Shown piece by piece: positions 40,444 to 50,800 of a stretch of 64,000 bases of DNA. The DNA comes from an uncultured Candidatus Saccharibacteria bacterium (GTDB lineage: Bacteria > Patescibacteriota > Saccharimonadia > Saccharimonadales > CAZNVG01). The position numbers and the translations under genes were made by a program. The stretch covers positions 2,591 to 66,590 of the forward strand of contig CAYYKI010000001.1 in assembly GCA_964440975.1 (NCBI GenBank), read 5' to 3'. Each line of letters begins with the position of its first letter. Position 1 is the stretch's first letter. The notes beneath the pieces are model-generated. The model saw nothing but the letters and a program-made list of their open reading frames with translations, ran no database searches and had not been told where the DNA came from.

Positions 40444-41808
40444 ATGGTAGATAAGGTCTGGCAGACCGTTTTGGGAGAGATAGAACTTTCCGTTTCTAAG
40501 GGCAGTTTTATCACGTGGTTTAAAAACACCACGTTGCTAGACCACGACAACTCGACGGTGATAATCGGGGTACCCAATATTTTTGCCAAACAACAGTTGG
40601 AGGTTAAGTTTAACAGCCTCGTGTCGGATGTTCTGAAGCGCAACGGACTGCCAGCAAAGAACATTCAATATAAGATTCACTCGTCCTTAACCACCAAACG
40701 CGCCACACCGCGTGAAGGTCTACTGTCTGCCGTCAATAATCACGCCAACAAAGAACCCGCTCGAGCGACAATAACTACATCATCTCGGCAACCGATACGC
40801 CAAGGCTTGAACGAAAAATATTCTTTCGAGTCTTTCATTGTGGGATCGGGTAATGAGCTGGCATATGCAGCATGCCAGGCAATCGTTAAGTCGCCAGGTG
40901 AAAAATATAACCCGTTGTTTGTCTATGGTGGGGTAGGGCTTGGTAAGACCCATCTCATCCAGGCAGTAGGCAACGCGATAGCTGCCAACAACCCGAGCCT
41001 TAAGGTGTTGTACGTCACAAGCGAGACCTTTGTGCAGGAGTTCTTGGATGCAATTCGTTCCAAGAAGCCTTTTTCGGACAGATATCGCCGAACAGACGTT
41101 TTGATAATCGACGACATGCAATTCATCGCCGGAAAGGAAAAAACCCAAGAAGAGTTCTTCCACACATTCAACGCATTGCACCAGGCAAACAAACAAATCA
41201 TTATCAGTAGCGACAAGCCCCCGAAATCAATCCCAACACTAGAGGAACGACTACGATCGCGCTTTGAATGGGGCATGACTATTGATATCCAAGCGCCTGA
41301 CTTTGAAACACGCTGTGCAATCCTACAGACAAAAGCCACTAGCCACAATGTAACTCTGGAGCAGGGGGTAGTTGAGTACCTAGCGACACATATTCAGACG
41401 AATATTCGTGAGCTGGAAGGTGGCCTTAATCAACTCTTGGCTTTCTGTGAAATGCGGGGGATTGAACCAGACCTAGAAACGGCCACAGAATTAATGAGCA
41501 ATGTCCGAACCCGACCCAAGCATGTCACTCCAAAACAGATCATAGAGCGAACAGCCAGGCACTTCCAGATTGAGCTAAACGACTTGGTGGGCCCAAAGAG
41601 AGATAAAGACATCGTGGTACCACGCCAGATAGCCATGTACTTACTCCGCAGCGAGCTACACCTAAGTTTTCCCAAGGTGGCTCGTGAACTAGGGAGGAAG
41701 GATCATACCACCGCGATTCATTCTATTGATAAAATCGAGCGCGCCTTACGACAGGATCAAATCACTCGTGAGCACGTCAATCAAATTAAGGACCGCTTGT
41801 ATGCATAG
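40444..41808 (+). CDS. dnaA: Chromosomal replication initiator DnaA
   Basis: YNPLFVYGGVGLGKTHL, LIIDDMQF, QEEFFHTFNALH, GRKDHTTAIH. Confidence 0.98.
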   Translation: MVDKVWQTVLGEIELSVSKGSFITWFKNTTLLDHDNSTVIIGVPNIFAKQQLEVKFNSLVSDVLKRNGLPAKNIQYKIHSSLTTKRATPREGLLSAVNNHANKEPARATITTSSRQPIRQGLNEKYSFESFIVGSGNELAYAACQAIVKSPGEKYNPLFVYGGVGLGKTHLIQAVGNAIAANNPSLKVLYVTSETFVQEFLDAIRSKKPFSDRYRRTDVLIIDDMQFIAGKEKTQEEFFHTFNALHQANKQIIISSDKPPKSIPTLEERLRSRFEWGMTIDIQAPDFETRCAILQTKATSHNVTLEQGVVEYLATHIQTNIRELEGGLNQLLAFCEMRGIEPDLETATELMSNVRTRPKHVTPKQIIERTARHFQIELNDLVGPKRDKDIVVPRQIAMYLLRSELHLSFPKVARELGRKDHTTAIHSIDKIERALRQDQITREHVNQIKDRLYA

Positions 41809-42165
41809 CTCCCCTACCTTGTTTTATCCACAATTTGACTTAGGCGCTATTTTAGTTCAATACAATAGTATTTTTAACCTAAATGTTTTACAATGTATTG
41901 AAATATTTGCAAGTGGTATAAAATGTGTACAACTGAATGATTTCAGTGAGGAAAACCTGTTCAAACCCCCTACCCTTACCCACAGGACTGTACAAATAAT
42001 CAGCACAAGACGTTTTAATACTCATGTTCTACACAATAGCTATCAACAGCTAGCGACACATATCCACGCCCACTTCACGGCTCTACTCGATAGCGTTTCA
42101 CGGCTTTACACACTATCCACAGTGCCTATTACTACTACTAATTATATAAAGAGAAGGGATTAAGG
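41809..42165. other. Putative oriC (dnaA-dnaN intergenic region) with AT-rich unwinding element
   Basis: TTATCCACA at 41824-41832, near-matches TTACCCACA (~41976) and CTATCCACA (~42113), and an AT-rich stretch at ~41845-41935. Confidence 0.75.
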
Positions 42166-43266
42166 ATGAAGTTAGCAGTAACGCAAGAGAATCTTTCCAA
42201 GGGTCTAGGCCTTGTAAGTCGCGTAGCCGGAGGCAGCCGAACATCCTTACCGGTACTCCAGAATGTATTAATAGCAACCGACGGCAACTCGCTTCGTCTC
42301 GCCGCAACCAACCTGGAGATTGCTATTAGACTGACTATCGGTGCAAAGGTTGAACAACAAGGAACCATTACTGTACCAGCGCGATTAGCGCAGGATTTTG
42401 TGGCTTCACTCCCGGCTGGCCCTATCAACCTCAAGCTAGATGGGACGCGTCTTGATGTTGTGACCGATAACTATAAGTCGGTGCTTAATGGTGTACCAGC
42501 CGACGAGTTCCCTGCTATTCCAGAGGTGGGTAGCGACAAACAGCTGACTATCGACGCAGCTACCCTCAAGGATGCGATTAGTCAGGTGGTAATCGCCGCT
42601 TCGCACGATGAGACGCGTCCGGTATTAACTGGTGTGTGGCTGCATAGCTACGAAAAAAACTTATACATGGTAGCTACCGATAGTTACCGGCTAGCTGAAC
42701 GCAAACTGGGCCCGACTGAAGAGGAAATCAACCTGTTAGTACCAGTTAACGCTATGCAAGACGTTCTTCGTATCCTTGGTGATGCAGAAGAAGAAGTAGT
42801 TATAGCTTACGACGAGCAACAGGTCTGCTTTAGGATTGGGCAGATTGAGCTCACTAGTCGTCTTATTGACGGCAAGTACCCCGACTATCGACAGCTTATC
42901 CCCAAGAAAACGAGCCTGTCAGCCAGCTTAAGTCGACAAGATCTCATAAATATAACTAAGGTGTCGAGTTTGTTTGCTCGAGAATCAGCCGGGAGTGTTA
43001 CGTTGGAGCTAAACGAGGGAGATCAGTCGCTAAGTATTCGTTCGGTTGCCAGCCAAGTTGGTGAAAACACCGCCAAAGCTAATGCGTTAGTTGAAGGTGA
43101 CCTCGAAGTGGCGCTTAACTCTCGCTATTTACTCGACGCGCTTGGCGTTATCGACGAAGCTGAGGTTGTCTTTGCATGTGACGGCAAAACTAACCCATGT
43201 ATTCTTCGCCCAGGCGGCAAAAAGCCAACCGCGTACACCCATATCATCATGCCGCTGCGTAGTTAG
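42166..43266 (+). CDS. dnaN: DNA polymerase III beta sliding clamp
   Basis: LPVLQNVL, ATNLEI, RPVLTGV, VATDSYRLAE, RLIDGKYPDY, IIMPLR. Confidence 0.97.
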   Translation: MKLAVTQENLSKGLGLVSRVAGGSRTSLPVLQNVLIATDGNSLRLAATNLEIAIRLTIGAKVEQQGTITVPARLAQDFVASLPAGPINLKLDGTRLDVVTDNYKSVLNGVPADEFPAIPEVGSDKQLTIDAATLKDAISQVVIAASHDETRPVLTGVWLHSYEKNLYMVATDSYRLAERKLGPTEEEINLLVPVNAMQDVLRILGDAEEEVVIAYDEQQVCFRIGQIELTSRLIDGKYPDYRQLIPKKTSLSASLSRQDLINITKVSSLFARESAGSVTLELNEGDQSLSIRSVASQVGENTAKANALVEGDLEVALNSRYLLDALGVIDEAEVVFACDGKTNPCILRPGGKKPTAYTHIIMPLRS

Positions 43267-43321
43267 AACCGGTGCTCGGGTACCCATAGTGTCTAAGCTA
43301 TGGGTGGTGGATGTGTATTGC

Positions 43322-43927
43322 CTAGGCGGCTAAACGAGGAGGTAATGACCGGTAGGTTTCCTCGGCAGTGATACTTACAGCAACTTCTTTAGGTCCTTTT
43401 GCAGCTCCCATCACTAAAACATCAGGAAGTCCTGCATTGTAGGCCACTCTCAGGTCGGGCCAATCACTTGTCATGCCCACAAAAGCACGAGCTACTTGCA
43501 TGGCTCTGCCGAGGCGACCACGCTGATAATAAGCATCTACCTGTGCCTGGTTTTGTTCCCGCTTAACGACTAACGCCTCGGCTTCAGAGCGATCAAGTGG
43601 GCCGGTCGGCTTCTTTGGTTGGGTTATGCTAAAAGAAAAAGTTGCAGTCGGCTCATTTTGTAGTCTGTTCCGACGATTTTCCAGCATCTTTTCGTATACA
43701 GCTACGCGTTCTGCATAACCCCAGGGGTGCACATCTAATACCTCTAATGGCCCGCGATCAGTTCCTGTCACATGGATAGTCCGCGTTGCGAGGTCACCCA
43801 AGGCAATTACGTCAACATATTTTTCTCTAAACTCAGAGTAATCTAACAGGCAAACTTCGGTCGTTTCATCAAAACCCCACCATCGATGGTCCATTCCGTT
43901 GTATAGTTCACTTACATCGTATGCCAT
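43322..43927 (-). CDS. Hypothetical protein
   Basis: 201-aa ORF with SD AAGGAG, antisense between dnaN and recF. Confidence 0.65.
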   Translation of the reverse strand: MAYDVSELYNGMDHRWWGFDETTEVCLLDYSEFREKYVDVIALGDLATRTIHVTGTDRGPLEVLDVHPWGYAERVAVYEKMLENRRNRLQNEPTATFSFSITQPKKPTGPLDRSEAEALVVKREQNQAQVDAYYQRGRLGRAMQVARAFVGMTSDWPDLRVAYNAGLPDVLVMGAAKGPKEVAVSITAEETYRSLPPRLAA

Positions 43928-43978
43928 AAAACTCCTTTCTCACCACTATACACTGAACGCAAATGCTATCATAGGACA

Positions 43979-45046
43979 ATGGTTATCACTTCCTTGCAAC
44001 TCACCGGATTCCGTTCCTATTTGGATGCTGAATTTGAGTTTGGAGATGGAGTGAATATTGTAGTTGGTCCAAACGCGAGCGGCAAAACCAACCTCCTTGA
44101 AGCACTGTTGGTGACTTGCTTGGGAAAATCCTACCGTGCTGAAACCGCTGACCTGGTTAATAACGAAAGCAACCTAGCCCGCATCCAGTCAACATACAAG
44201 GATGGTGACCGCGTAATCACCATAGAGAAGCATGATGGCCATAGTGTTCGGCGGCTACTAGTAAATGGTTCAGAACATGCGCGGTGGCGGCGTGATGACA
44301 CATTGCCGGTTGTGCTGTTTGAGCCACAGCACATGATGCTCGTAAACGGTTCACCAAGCTCCAGACGGGCATATCTGGATGGAATCCTGGAATCTACCGT
44401 AACCGGATATAAGTCGGCCTTGGCGCGCTTTACACGCGCTTTGGCACAACGCAATCGTCTGCTCAAGACCGCTGGTGTTAGTGAACAGCAGTTTTTTGTT
44501 TGGGATATGAAATTTGCCGAATATGCCAGTGAAATTATCCATTGGCGCAGGCAACTGGTTGACCGTTTGAATGCCGTACTACCCTCTCATTACGCTAGCA
44601 TTGCTGGCCGACAAACTCCCATTGTTGCTAGCTACCACAGTACCATCGGCGCAAAAGATTATCAGACAGGATTGCTTGCAGCACTACACAGGCGTCGAGC
44701 TGATGAGCAACTGCGAGGCTACACACTGAGTGGTCCTCACCGTGATGATCTGCGCATTGAGCTCAACCACCAGCCTGCGGAGATATCTGCATCACGAGGA
44801 GAAAGTCGCAGTATTGTACTGAGCCTCAAGCTTGCCGAAATGAGTATTCTGCAAGATTCGCACGACGCCTCACCACTTATACTGCTCGATGACGTGTTCA
44901 GTGAACTAGACAAAGACCGTCAAAAAGCCCTGGCAGCTACGCTTAAGGACCATCAAACTATCATCACTACGACCAATGCTGACGCGTGGGTGCGTTTTGG
45001 TAACAAGCACTTTGAAACAATCGTTCTTGGCGGAAATGCGGCCTAG
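43979..45046 (+). CDS. recF: DNA replication/repair protein RecF
   Basis: GPNASGKTNLLEA, GPHRDD, SRGESRS, LLDDVFSELD. Confidence 0.95.
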   Translation: MVITSLQLTGFRSYLDAEFEFGDGVNIVVGPNASGKTNLLEALLVTCLGKSYRAETADLVNNESNLARIQSTYKDGDRVITIEKHDGHSVRRLLVNGSEHARWRRDDTLPVVLFEPQHMMLVNGSPSSRRAYLDGILESTVTGYKSALARFTRALAQRNRLLKTAGVSEQQFFVWDMKFAEYASEIIHWRRQLVDRLNAVLPSHYASIAGRQTPIVASYHSTIGAKDYQTGLLAALHRRRADEQLRGYTLSGPHRDDLRIELNHQPAEISASRGESRSIVLSLKLAEMSILQDSHDASPLILLDDVFSELDKDRQKALAATLKDHQTIITTTNADAWVRFGNKHFETIVLGGNAA

Positions 45047-45058
45047 TCCACTGACTGA

Positions 45059-46444
45059 CTACTCTTCTGGCGCAGGCAAAAGTGGGCTGTTGTATTCGAA
45101 GTGGTAGTCCAGGAGATTGATATCGATATCGGCCTCGCGAAGTTGCTTGAATACTTTTTCCCTCGCTTGGTCGCTATCCTCGAACATGGTGATATTCAAC
45201 ACGCCAAGTGAGGAAACCTCGTATGTATATGTTCCGTCGTCCTTATCTTCTATAGACTTGAGCTTGCTTTCCATATCGGTTGGTACTTTGACAGTATCCT
45301 TACTCAAGATATCTATGGTGCGCGCGTTGGTTAGCACAAAAAGTCGGCCGTTTTCAGTCGTCATGGAAAGTGGCTGTTCACGATATCCCTTGTCGGTTTT
45401 TGATTGGGTGTTTGGTAGTATTCGCGTAAAGCTTTTCGTATCAACGTTCGCCTGCACGAGTGAATACGGTCGATCCTTGCTTGTAAAGTCGCTTCCAAAA
45501 ATGTAGAGGATGTTATTGTGCCAGGCCAAGCTGGCTTCGCTTGAGAAACCACCGTCGCGTAATACCGTCTTTTTTGAGTTTAGGTCTAATATGGTGAGTT
45601 TTGCTTCAGCTTCACCGTCACCCTCTCCACTGCCTTGTGCTTGCAAATACGCCGAGTGCTTGCCGTCATTTGAAACATAGATGGTTTCTGCCGCATCATC
45701 ACTCTGTGATACGGTCTTGGTTTCAACGTCGATCAGGTTTAGTACCCCAACCGCGTCAGCATCTCTCTTTATATCCGCCATGACGTAGAGAGTATTATCC
45801 GTAGCAACCACTGTTTGCGCGGCGCCTGCAACCTCGTAGCTGTCAGCCTGCCTCAAGTCTTCGCCTATCCCCACTACGGAGCTGGTATCGCCGCTGTCTG
45901 CCTCCGCCCCCTCTTCCGTGTCAGCTTCGAAGGGACTGGTAGTTACATAGAAAGGATACTTCTTATTGCCCGTGAAGCACTGTTCAAGATCGGTACCTAT
46001 AAAGCTAAAGGCTTTTGTTTGCAAGTCAAAACCCCACCAGTATTCATCATCGAGTGATTGGTTCTGAGCGACAATTATCTTGCCAAGGTCATCGTCTTCC
46101 AAATACCCTTTAGCTCTAAACACAACCTTGTTGCGTTGCTTGTTCCAGCACATTCGCTCGATAATTGGCAGTTTAAACGTCGGAGTGGTAGCGGTAGTGG
46201 CACCGGTTGCAAGATCTAATTCTGAAAAGTTTTTACCGTTAAACAACGACAGCTTCTTGCCGTCTTCACTAGACACAGCCTTTACGTCACCGCTGGTTAT
46301 GCCACTATAAATTTGCAGAGTTTCGGTGTTGTACGTTGGCCCTCGACGCGTCAGCATAAATACAACCAGCAGCACTGCCGTGGCAATCGCGCCAATGATG
46401 AAAAGTTTTTTCTTGTTGTTTTTTGGTGTGACTGTTGGGTCCAT
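45059..46444 (-). CDS. Membrane-anchored hypothetical protein, probable beta-propeller
   Basis: Basic N-terminus plus one TM, followed by a beta-strand-rich repetitive extracellular region. Confidence 0.65.
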   Translation of the reverse strand: MDPTVTPKNNKKKLFIIGAIATAVLLVVFMLTRRGPTYNTETLQIYSGITSGDVKAVSSEDGKKLSLFNGKNFSELDLATGATTATTPTFKLPIIERMCWNKQRNKVVFRAKGYLEDDDLGKIIVAQNQSLDDEYWWGFDLQTKAFSFIGTDLEQCFTGNKKYPFYVTTSPFEADTEEGAEADSGDTSSVVGIGEDLRQADSYEVAGAAQTVVATDNTLYVMADIKRDADAVGVLNLIDVETKTVSQSDDAAETIYVSNDGKHSAYLQAQGSGEGDGEAEAKLTILDLNSKKTVLRDGGFSSEASLAWHNNILYIFGSDFTSKDRPYSLVQANVDTKSFTRILPNTQSKTDKGYREQPLSMTTENGRLFVLTNARTIDILSKDTVKVPTDMESKLKSIEDKDDGTYTYEVSSLGVLNITMFEDSDQAREKVFKQLREADIDINLLDYHFEYNSPLLPAPEE

Positions 46445-46446
46445 GG

Positions 46447-47877
46447 CTACTCCGGTACGGATTTATATGCTTCTCTGAGGAATGGTTGTACGGTAATGAA
46501 TCTACCCGGATAATCTTTGAGACACTCGTTGGCAGAACAGCTTGGGCGAGAGGCGCCGTTGGTCATGTCAAAGTGTAGGTGTGCTTCTGTTCCGTTAGCA
46601 TTTTTGCTTTCGCCGCTATGGCCCAGTAGTTGCCCAGCAGTTATGGTATCGCCGACATGTACCACATTGCCGTCCTTAGGCATGTGGGTGTAGTAATAGT
46701 TGATGCCATCATCTCCCTTTATTTGCACATTTCGTCCGAATTTATCAGAGTACCCTGTCCGTACTACCTTACCGGGTCGCGAGGCTACTATAGGAGTGCC
46801 CGGGGGCGTAAAGATGTCAGCGGCATTGTAATGGTGGTGGCAATTGGTGTTATTATTTTCGCACCACTGATCTGGTTTTTGAGAACGTATAATCGACTTT
46901 TTTACTTGTAGTGGGAACACAAAACCACTGGCACTTACTGCGACTTGTGGCACTGTTCCGGGGGTGCACTGCTCGCTAGCCGGGGCCGCTGGGCCATCCG
47001 GTGCCGGAGATATGCCGCCTGGAATAGCATCGGCCTCATAGACGGTACCAGACTCGACTGACTGATCTGGCGCCCAGCGATACTGTAAGTCGTCACCCTG
47101 TGAGTTGCGCCTACCGCCAGACGGCCCACCGTATTGCCATTGGGCTGCATCAATAGCCTTCATTGCAGCGGGCGCCAATCCAGCAACCCGTCCATCATAT
47201 TCGGCGGGAGTTCCTTCGACATATCCCGACCAATAGCTCGGTACACTACCCCTAGAGTTGCTTTTAGTGCCCGTCCATGGTGCGGGTCCAGTTTCTATAA
47301 GGGCCGTAACCACTGCCTTCTTGGTGCGCGGGTTAATGACTAGTATTTTGCGTAGTGCGCTGTAGTACCAGCCTTTGGTGTCTTTTTCGGAGCCATTTAC
47401 TTTGCTACTACCGTCCCATTTCCAGGTGAACGGTCGCGTACGCATGTTGGAATAAAACTTTACATCAATTGGTTTAAGGATATTTTTCATAGAACCACCA
47501 ACAGCGAGAGATGGCTGGCCGGCGATATGAAGGAGTCGCACTACCCCATTTGAGTCAATAAATGCTTCACTCTCTTGCCCCGTTCCACCATGGGTTGCCG
47601 GCAGCTTATGCCCCTCAAGGGTGTCTGAGCCACCAGCTGGTATGGGCCCGGCAGGAGTGGTTGTCGTTGTGGTGGTAGGCGTGGCTGGGCAGGTGATGCC
47701 GTAGTCGCACGCATCTAGCACGTCAACATTATTTTTGCGGAGGGCTGCTTCCCGGCCTGGTGAACAGTCCTTACCGATCTTAGCGTGTACCGGTTTAGGG
47801 ACAAATGCCAACATTACAGACAGCATAAATATAGACACGGTGACAATAGCCTGTATACGATGCAGCAGCTTAGTCAT
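46447..47877 (-). CDS. Secreted M23 peptidase with putative RlpA-like (DPBB) N-terminal domain
   Basis: HYNAADIF, YYYTHM and AHLHF (M23); VINPRTKKAVV...ETGP...RVAGLAPAAMKAI resembles RlpA. Confidence 0.82.
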   Translation of the reverse strand: MTKLLHRIQAIVTVSIFMLSVMLAFVPKPVHAKIGKDCSPGREAALRKNNVDVLDACDYGITCPATPTTTTTTTPAGPIPAGGSDTLEGHKLPATHGGTGQESEAFIDSNGVVRLLHIAGQPSLAVGGSMKNILKPIDVKFYSNMRTRPFTWKWDGSSKVNGSEKDTKGWYYSALRKILVINPRTKKAVVTALIETGPAPWTGTKSNSRGSVPSYWSGYVEGTPAEYDGRVAGLAPAAMKAIDAAQWQYGGPSGGRRNSQGDDLQYRWAPDQSVESGTVYEADAIPGGISPAPDGPAAPASEQCTPGTVPQVAVSASGFVFPLQVKKSIIRSQKPDQWCENNNTNCHHHYNAADIFTPPGTPIVASRPGKVVRTGYSDKFGRNVQIKGDDGINYYYTHMPKDGNVVHVGDTITAGQLLGHSGESKNANGTEAHLHFDMTNGASRPSCSANECLKDYPGRFITVQPFLREAYKSVPE

Positions 47878-50800
47878 TTGGACACCCCGCTAGGATTCGA
47901 GGACCCTTAACCGACACGTGAATATGATTGGCATGGTCTCTGAGTGTCCCTGAGCCATAGCTATGTGGCTCGCCCTGTTTAAGGTTAGATGTGCCCGGGG
48001 GTGGATTGGAGTAAATCAACTCGTTAATGTTGAGCGCAGCACGGTTGTTATACAGATACGGCATAAGCTGCGGCGCAACAGACTCGTTACCGATATCAAT
48101 AGCATATCCTCCGTAATGGTTTGAGGTGACCTTTGTTTGTCGTGTGCAGGGATTGTGTCCTGTTTGGATAACTGACGGCTCAAGGGTAACTTTAGCCTGC
48201 TCTAGCATGGCTACTATCAGCTGAACCAAACCATCCTTAGCCACGCCATTTTGGATATCAACGGTTGGCCTATTGGTCTGCGGTTTCCAGCCAGGATTGT
48301 TGAAAATACGGTTTACCAATTGAGCCCTCTCTCCTGCAGGTAGTGTGCCGCCGGGAGTTGGGCCGGTTTCTCCAGTAATTGCCTGGGCGACAACGTCATT
48401 GACGATTAGCTGGGCAAGAATGGTATAGCAGTTGGCTCCTGGGTGGACACCCGCAGCCTCTGTAATACATGCTGACCTGTTAATGCGGCCGTCATCAAAG
48501 TAGGCCTTAAGATCAATTATCTTAAAGTTCTTAGCGATAGCCTGCAGCTTAAGAATGTTGTTATAGGTATCATACTTTGCCTGGCCAGCTCCGCCAGAAT
48601 AGATATTTACAAAATATATTGAGATATTTGGGTTTGCCGCGCGCGCTTTATCCACTGCCTCGACAATTTTTGCACCATAACCGTCTGGCGTCTCCAGTGC
48701 ATTAGTACCGAGCGCAATAACGAGTGTACCTGCTCGAGCAATCTCGGCAGTGTGTGCGTCGATTTGTTGAACGCCCCAAGTCAGGGCCTGGCCACCAACA
48801 GCATTAATGGTTGATGTCCAGCCGGCGGCTTGGAATTTATCGGTAATTTTTACATTGTTATATCCAACAGTAAGTGAATCCCCAATCATATAAACCGACT
48901 TATTCACCGCAGCGGGGCTAGGTGTTGGGGCTATCGGCTCGTCATCTGATGTGTCGCTCAGATCACCAGTAATATTGTCAGAGATTGAGGTGCTGAGGTC
49001 TAGGTCCATTACATATACACGCATACGATTCTTTTCCTCGCTATTGTCCTTGCATTCGGTGCGTTCACCAAAATCACCCGTATCGGTAGAGCTATTATAT
49101 TCAACATCTACCGGGTCAATACAGCTCTTTTTGAATTTATCAAACTCACTATCGGGCACTGGCTTGCCGGCTTCGTCTACGTAGTTCTGGTCCATCATCC
49201 AGCGTTCATTTTCGCCAGGATCTATAGTCTCGGTAACGTTATCTGGTAGGCCCATTATCGGGTTTCCAAAGGCATCGTGGGCAATTTCGTCGGGGTCTTC
49301 TGCAGCAAAGGCCTTATTGGTGGTTACATCGAGTACTGATCCGAACATGGCAGGTATGCCGGCAAAACTCATGCTCCCAATTGCTCCAACGTTCGCAAGT
49401 TGACTATATCCAGAAATCAAGCTAGTTGAGGCCAGTGAAGTGGGATTGCCGAGGCTAATGTAGCGTTCAAACAGACTTTGCTTGGCGAGTTCGGTGCGGC
49501 GGGTTTCGTCCACCTCTTGTTGCAGCGCAAATACTTGGCGATTTTTAAGCGGTTTCATGCCCATACTATGTCCACGCATTTGCGACATGGCTCCCGCTCC
49601 CGATACTAAGGCTGCTGCCAGGTTGTCACCACTTTCGTCACCAGTTATGACGGCCCCTGCCAAGGTTCGGGCCAAGATTGGAAGTAGCACGGCTTTTGCG
49701 ATTTCTAGGGTTGCTGAAATAGCACCTGCGCTTGCTGCACTGGCTGCAACTGCTGTCGCGGTAAGTGTTCCTCCGGTAGCAATACCGCCTCCAATCCTGA
49801 CGACGACTAACTCGGTTGCGCTGGTTGCGATTTGGAAGATTGGATTTCCAGCCACCTTACAAATACCTTTAGTTGGCAGATAATGATCTGCGGCATCCAG
49901 GAACGATCCAAGGTCGCCACCGATTTTTCCATCAACCGAATATCGATTACGCTCCCTGCCAACTACTCCCGGGTTCTTTCGTTTGTTGCTCACATAATTC
50001 CAGGAGCCCGAACTATAGAATGATTTGCCTGTCGACTTGTTTAGAGTGTGGGCCAGGGCCATAAAGCCCGCCATGTCCTGACCGTCGATATCACCATCTT
50101 TAACTGAATCAGCCATAACAAATATAGCCGTAGCAAATTTCGCTAGCTGCATTGCGCGCATCACCCGGCTCGCACCACGAACTGCTTGGGCAAAGGCATA
50201 GGCCTGACAGCTATAGTCGGCAACGGCTGCAAAGCCTCCAATTGCGCCTTTAGCTGCACCTTCTGCACCCTCTTTTACGGTCTTGCCGGCAATATCTGCA
50301 GCTTCACTTTCAATCCGCTCTAAGGACTCTTCACCAACATCCCCCGCAATGCGCCCGGCTGGATCAGCATCAACTTGCTCTGCGATTTCATCCGCAAGCT
50401 TGTTCGCATCATCTAATTCACTAGCAGCCTGGTCGATGTCTGCATCGGCTCGCTCGCGTTCTGGGTCTGGCGATTCTGGGTCATCTGGCCCCGGATCTGT
50501 CTTGGCCTCCCCTTTGCCTTTAGCGGTAACATCATAGCCCGGGATCAATCCCATAAGCGCACCGCGCATCTTAGCTTTAAATTTTTCCCTAAAGTTAAAT
50601 TTGCGTCCTAGTTTTTCACGTAGCTCCAACTCTTTCCGCTCGAGCCAGTCAACTACCCGATTGTCCCTGATCCAGTTTTTGCGGATTAAACCATATCGCT
50701 TGAATACAGCTCGCGCTTTACGTCCGCGCCAAAAAGCACTCCTCCCAGAGTGCCGTTCTGCGATTGCCTCTTTGATCGCTGAGCGTCGTTTCCAGATTGA

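Noticed and set aside
41726-42163. 145-aa ORF between dnaA and dnaN
   Set aside because: It overlaps dnaA and spans the DnaA boxes and AT-rich origin, with no recognisable protein features.
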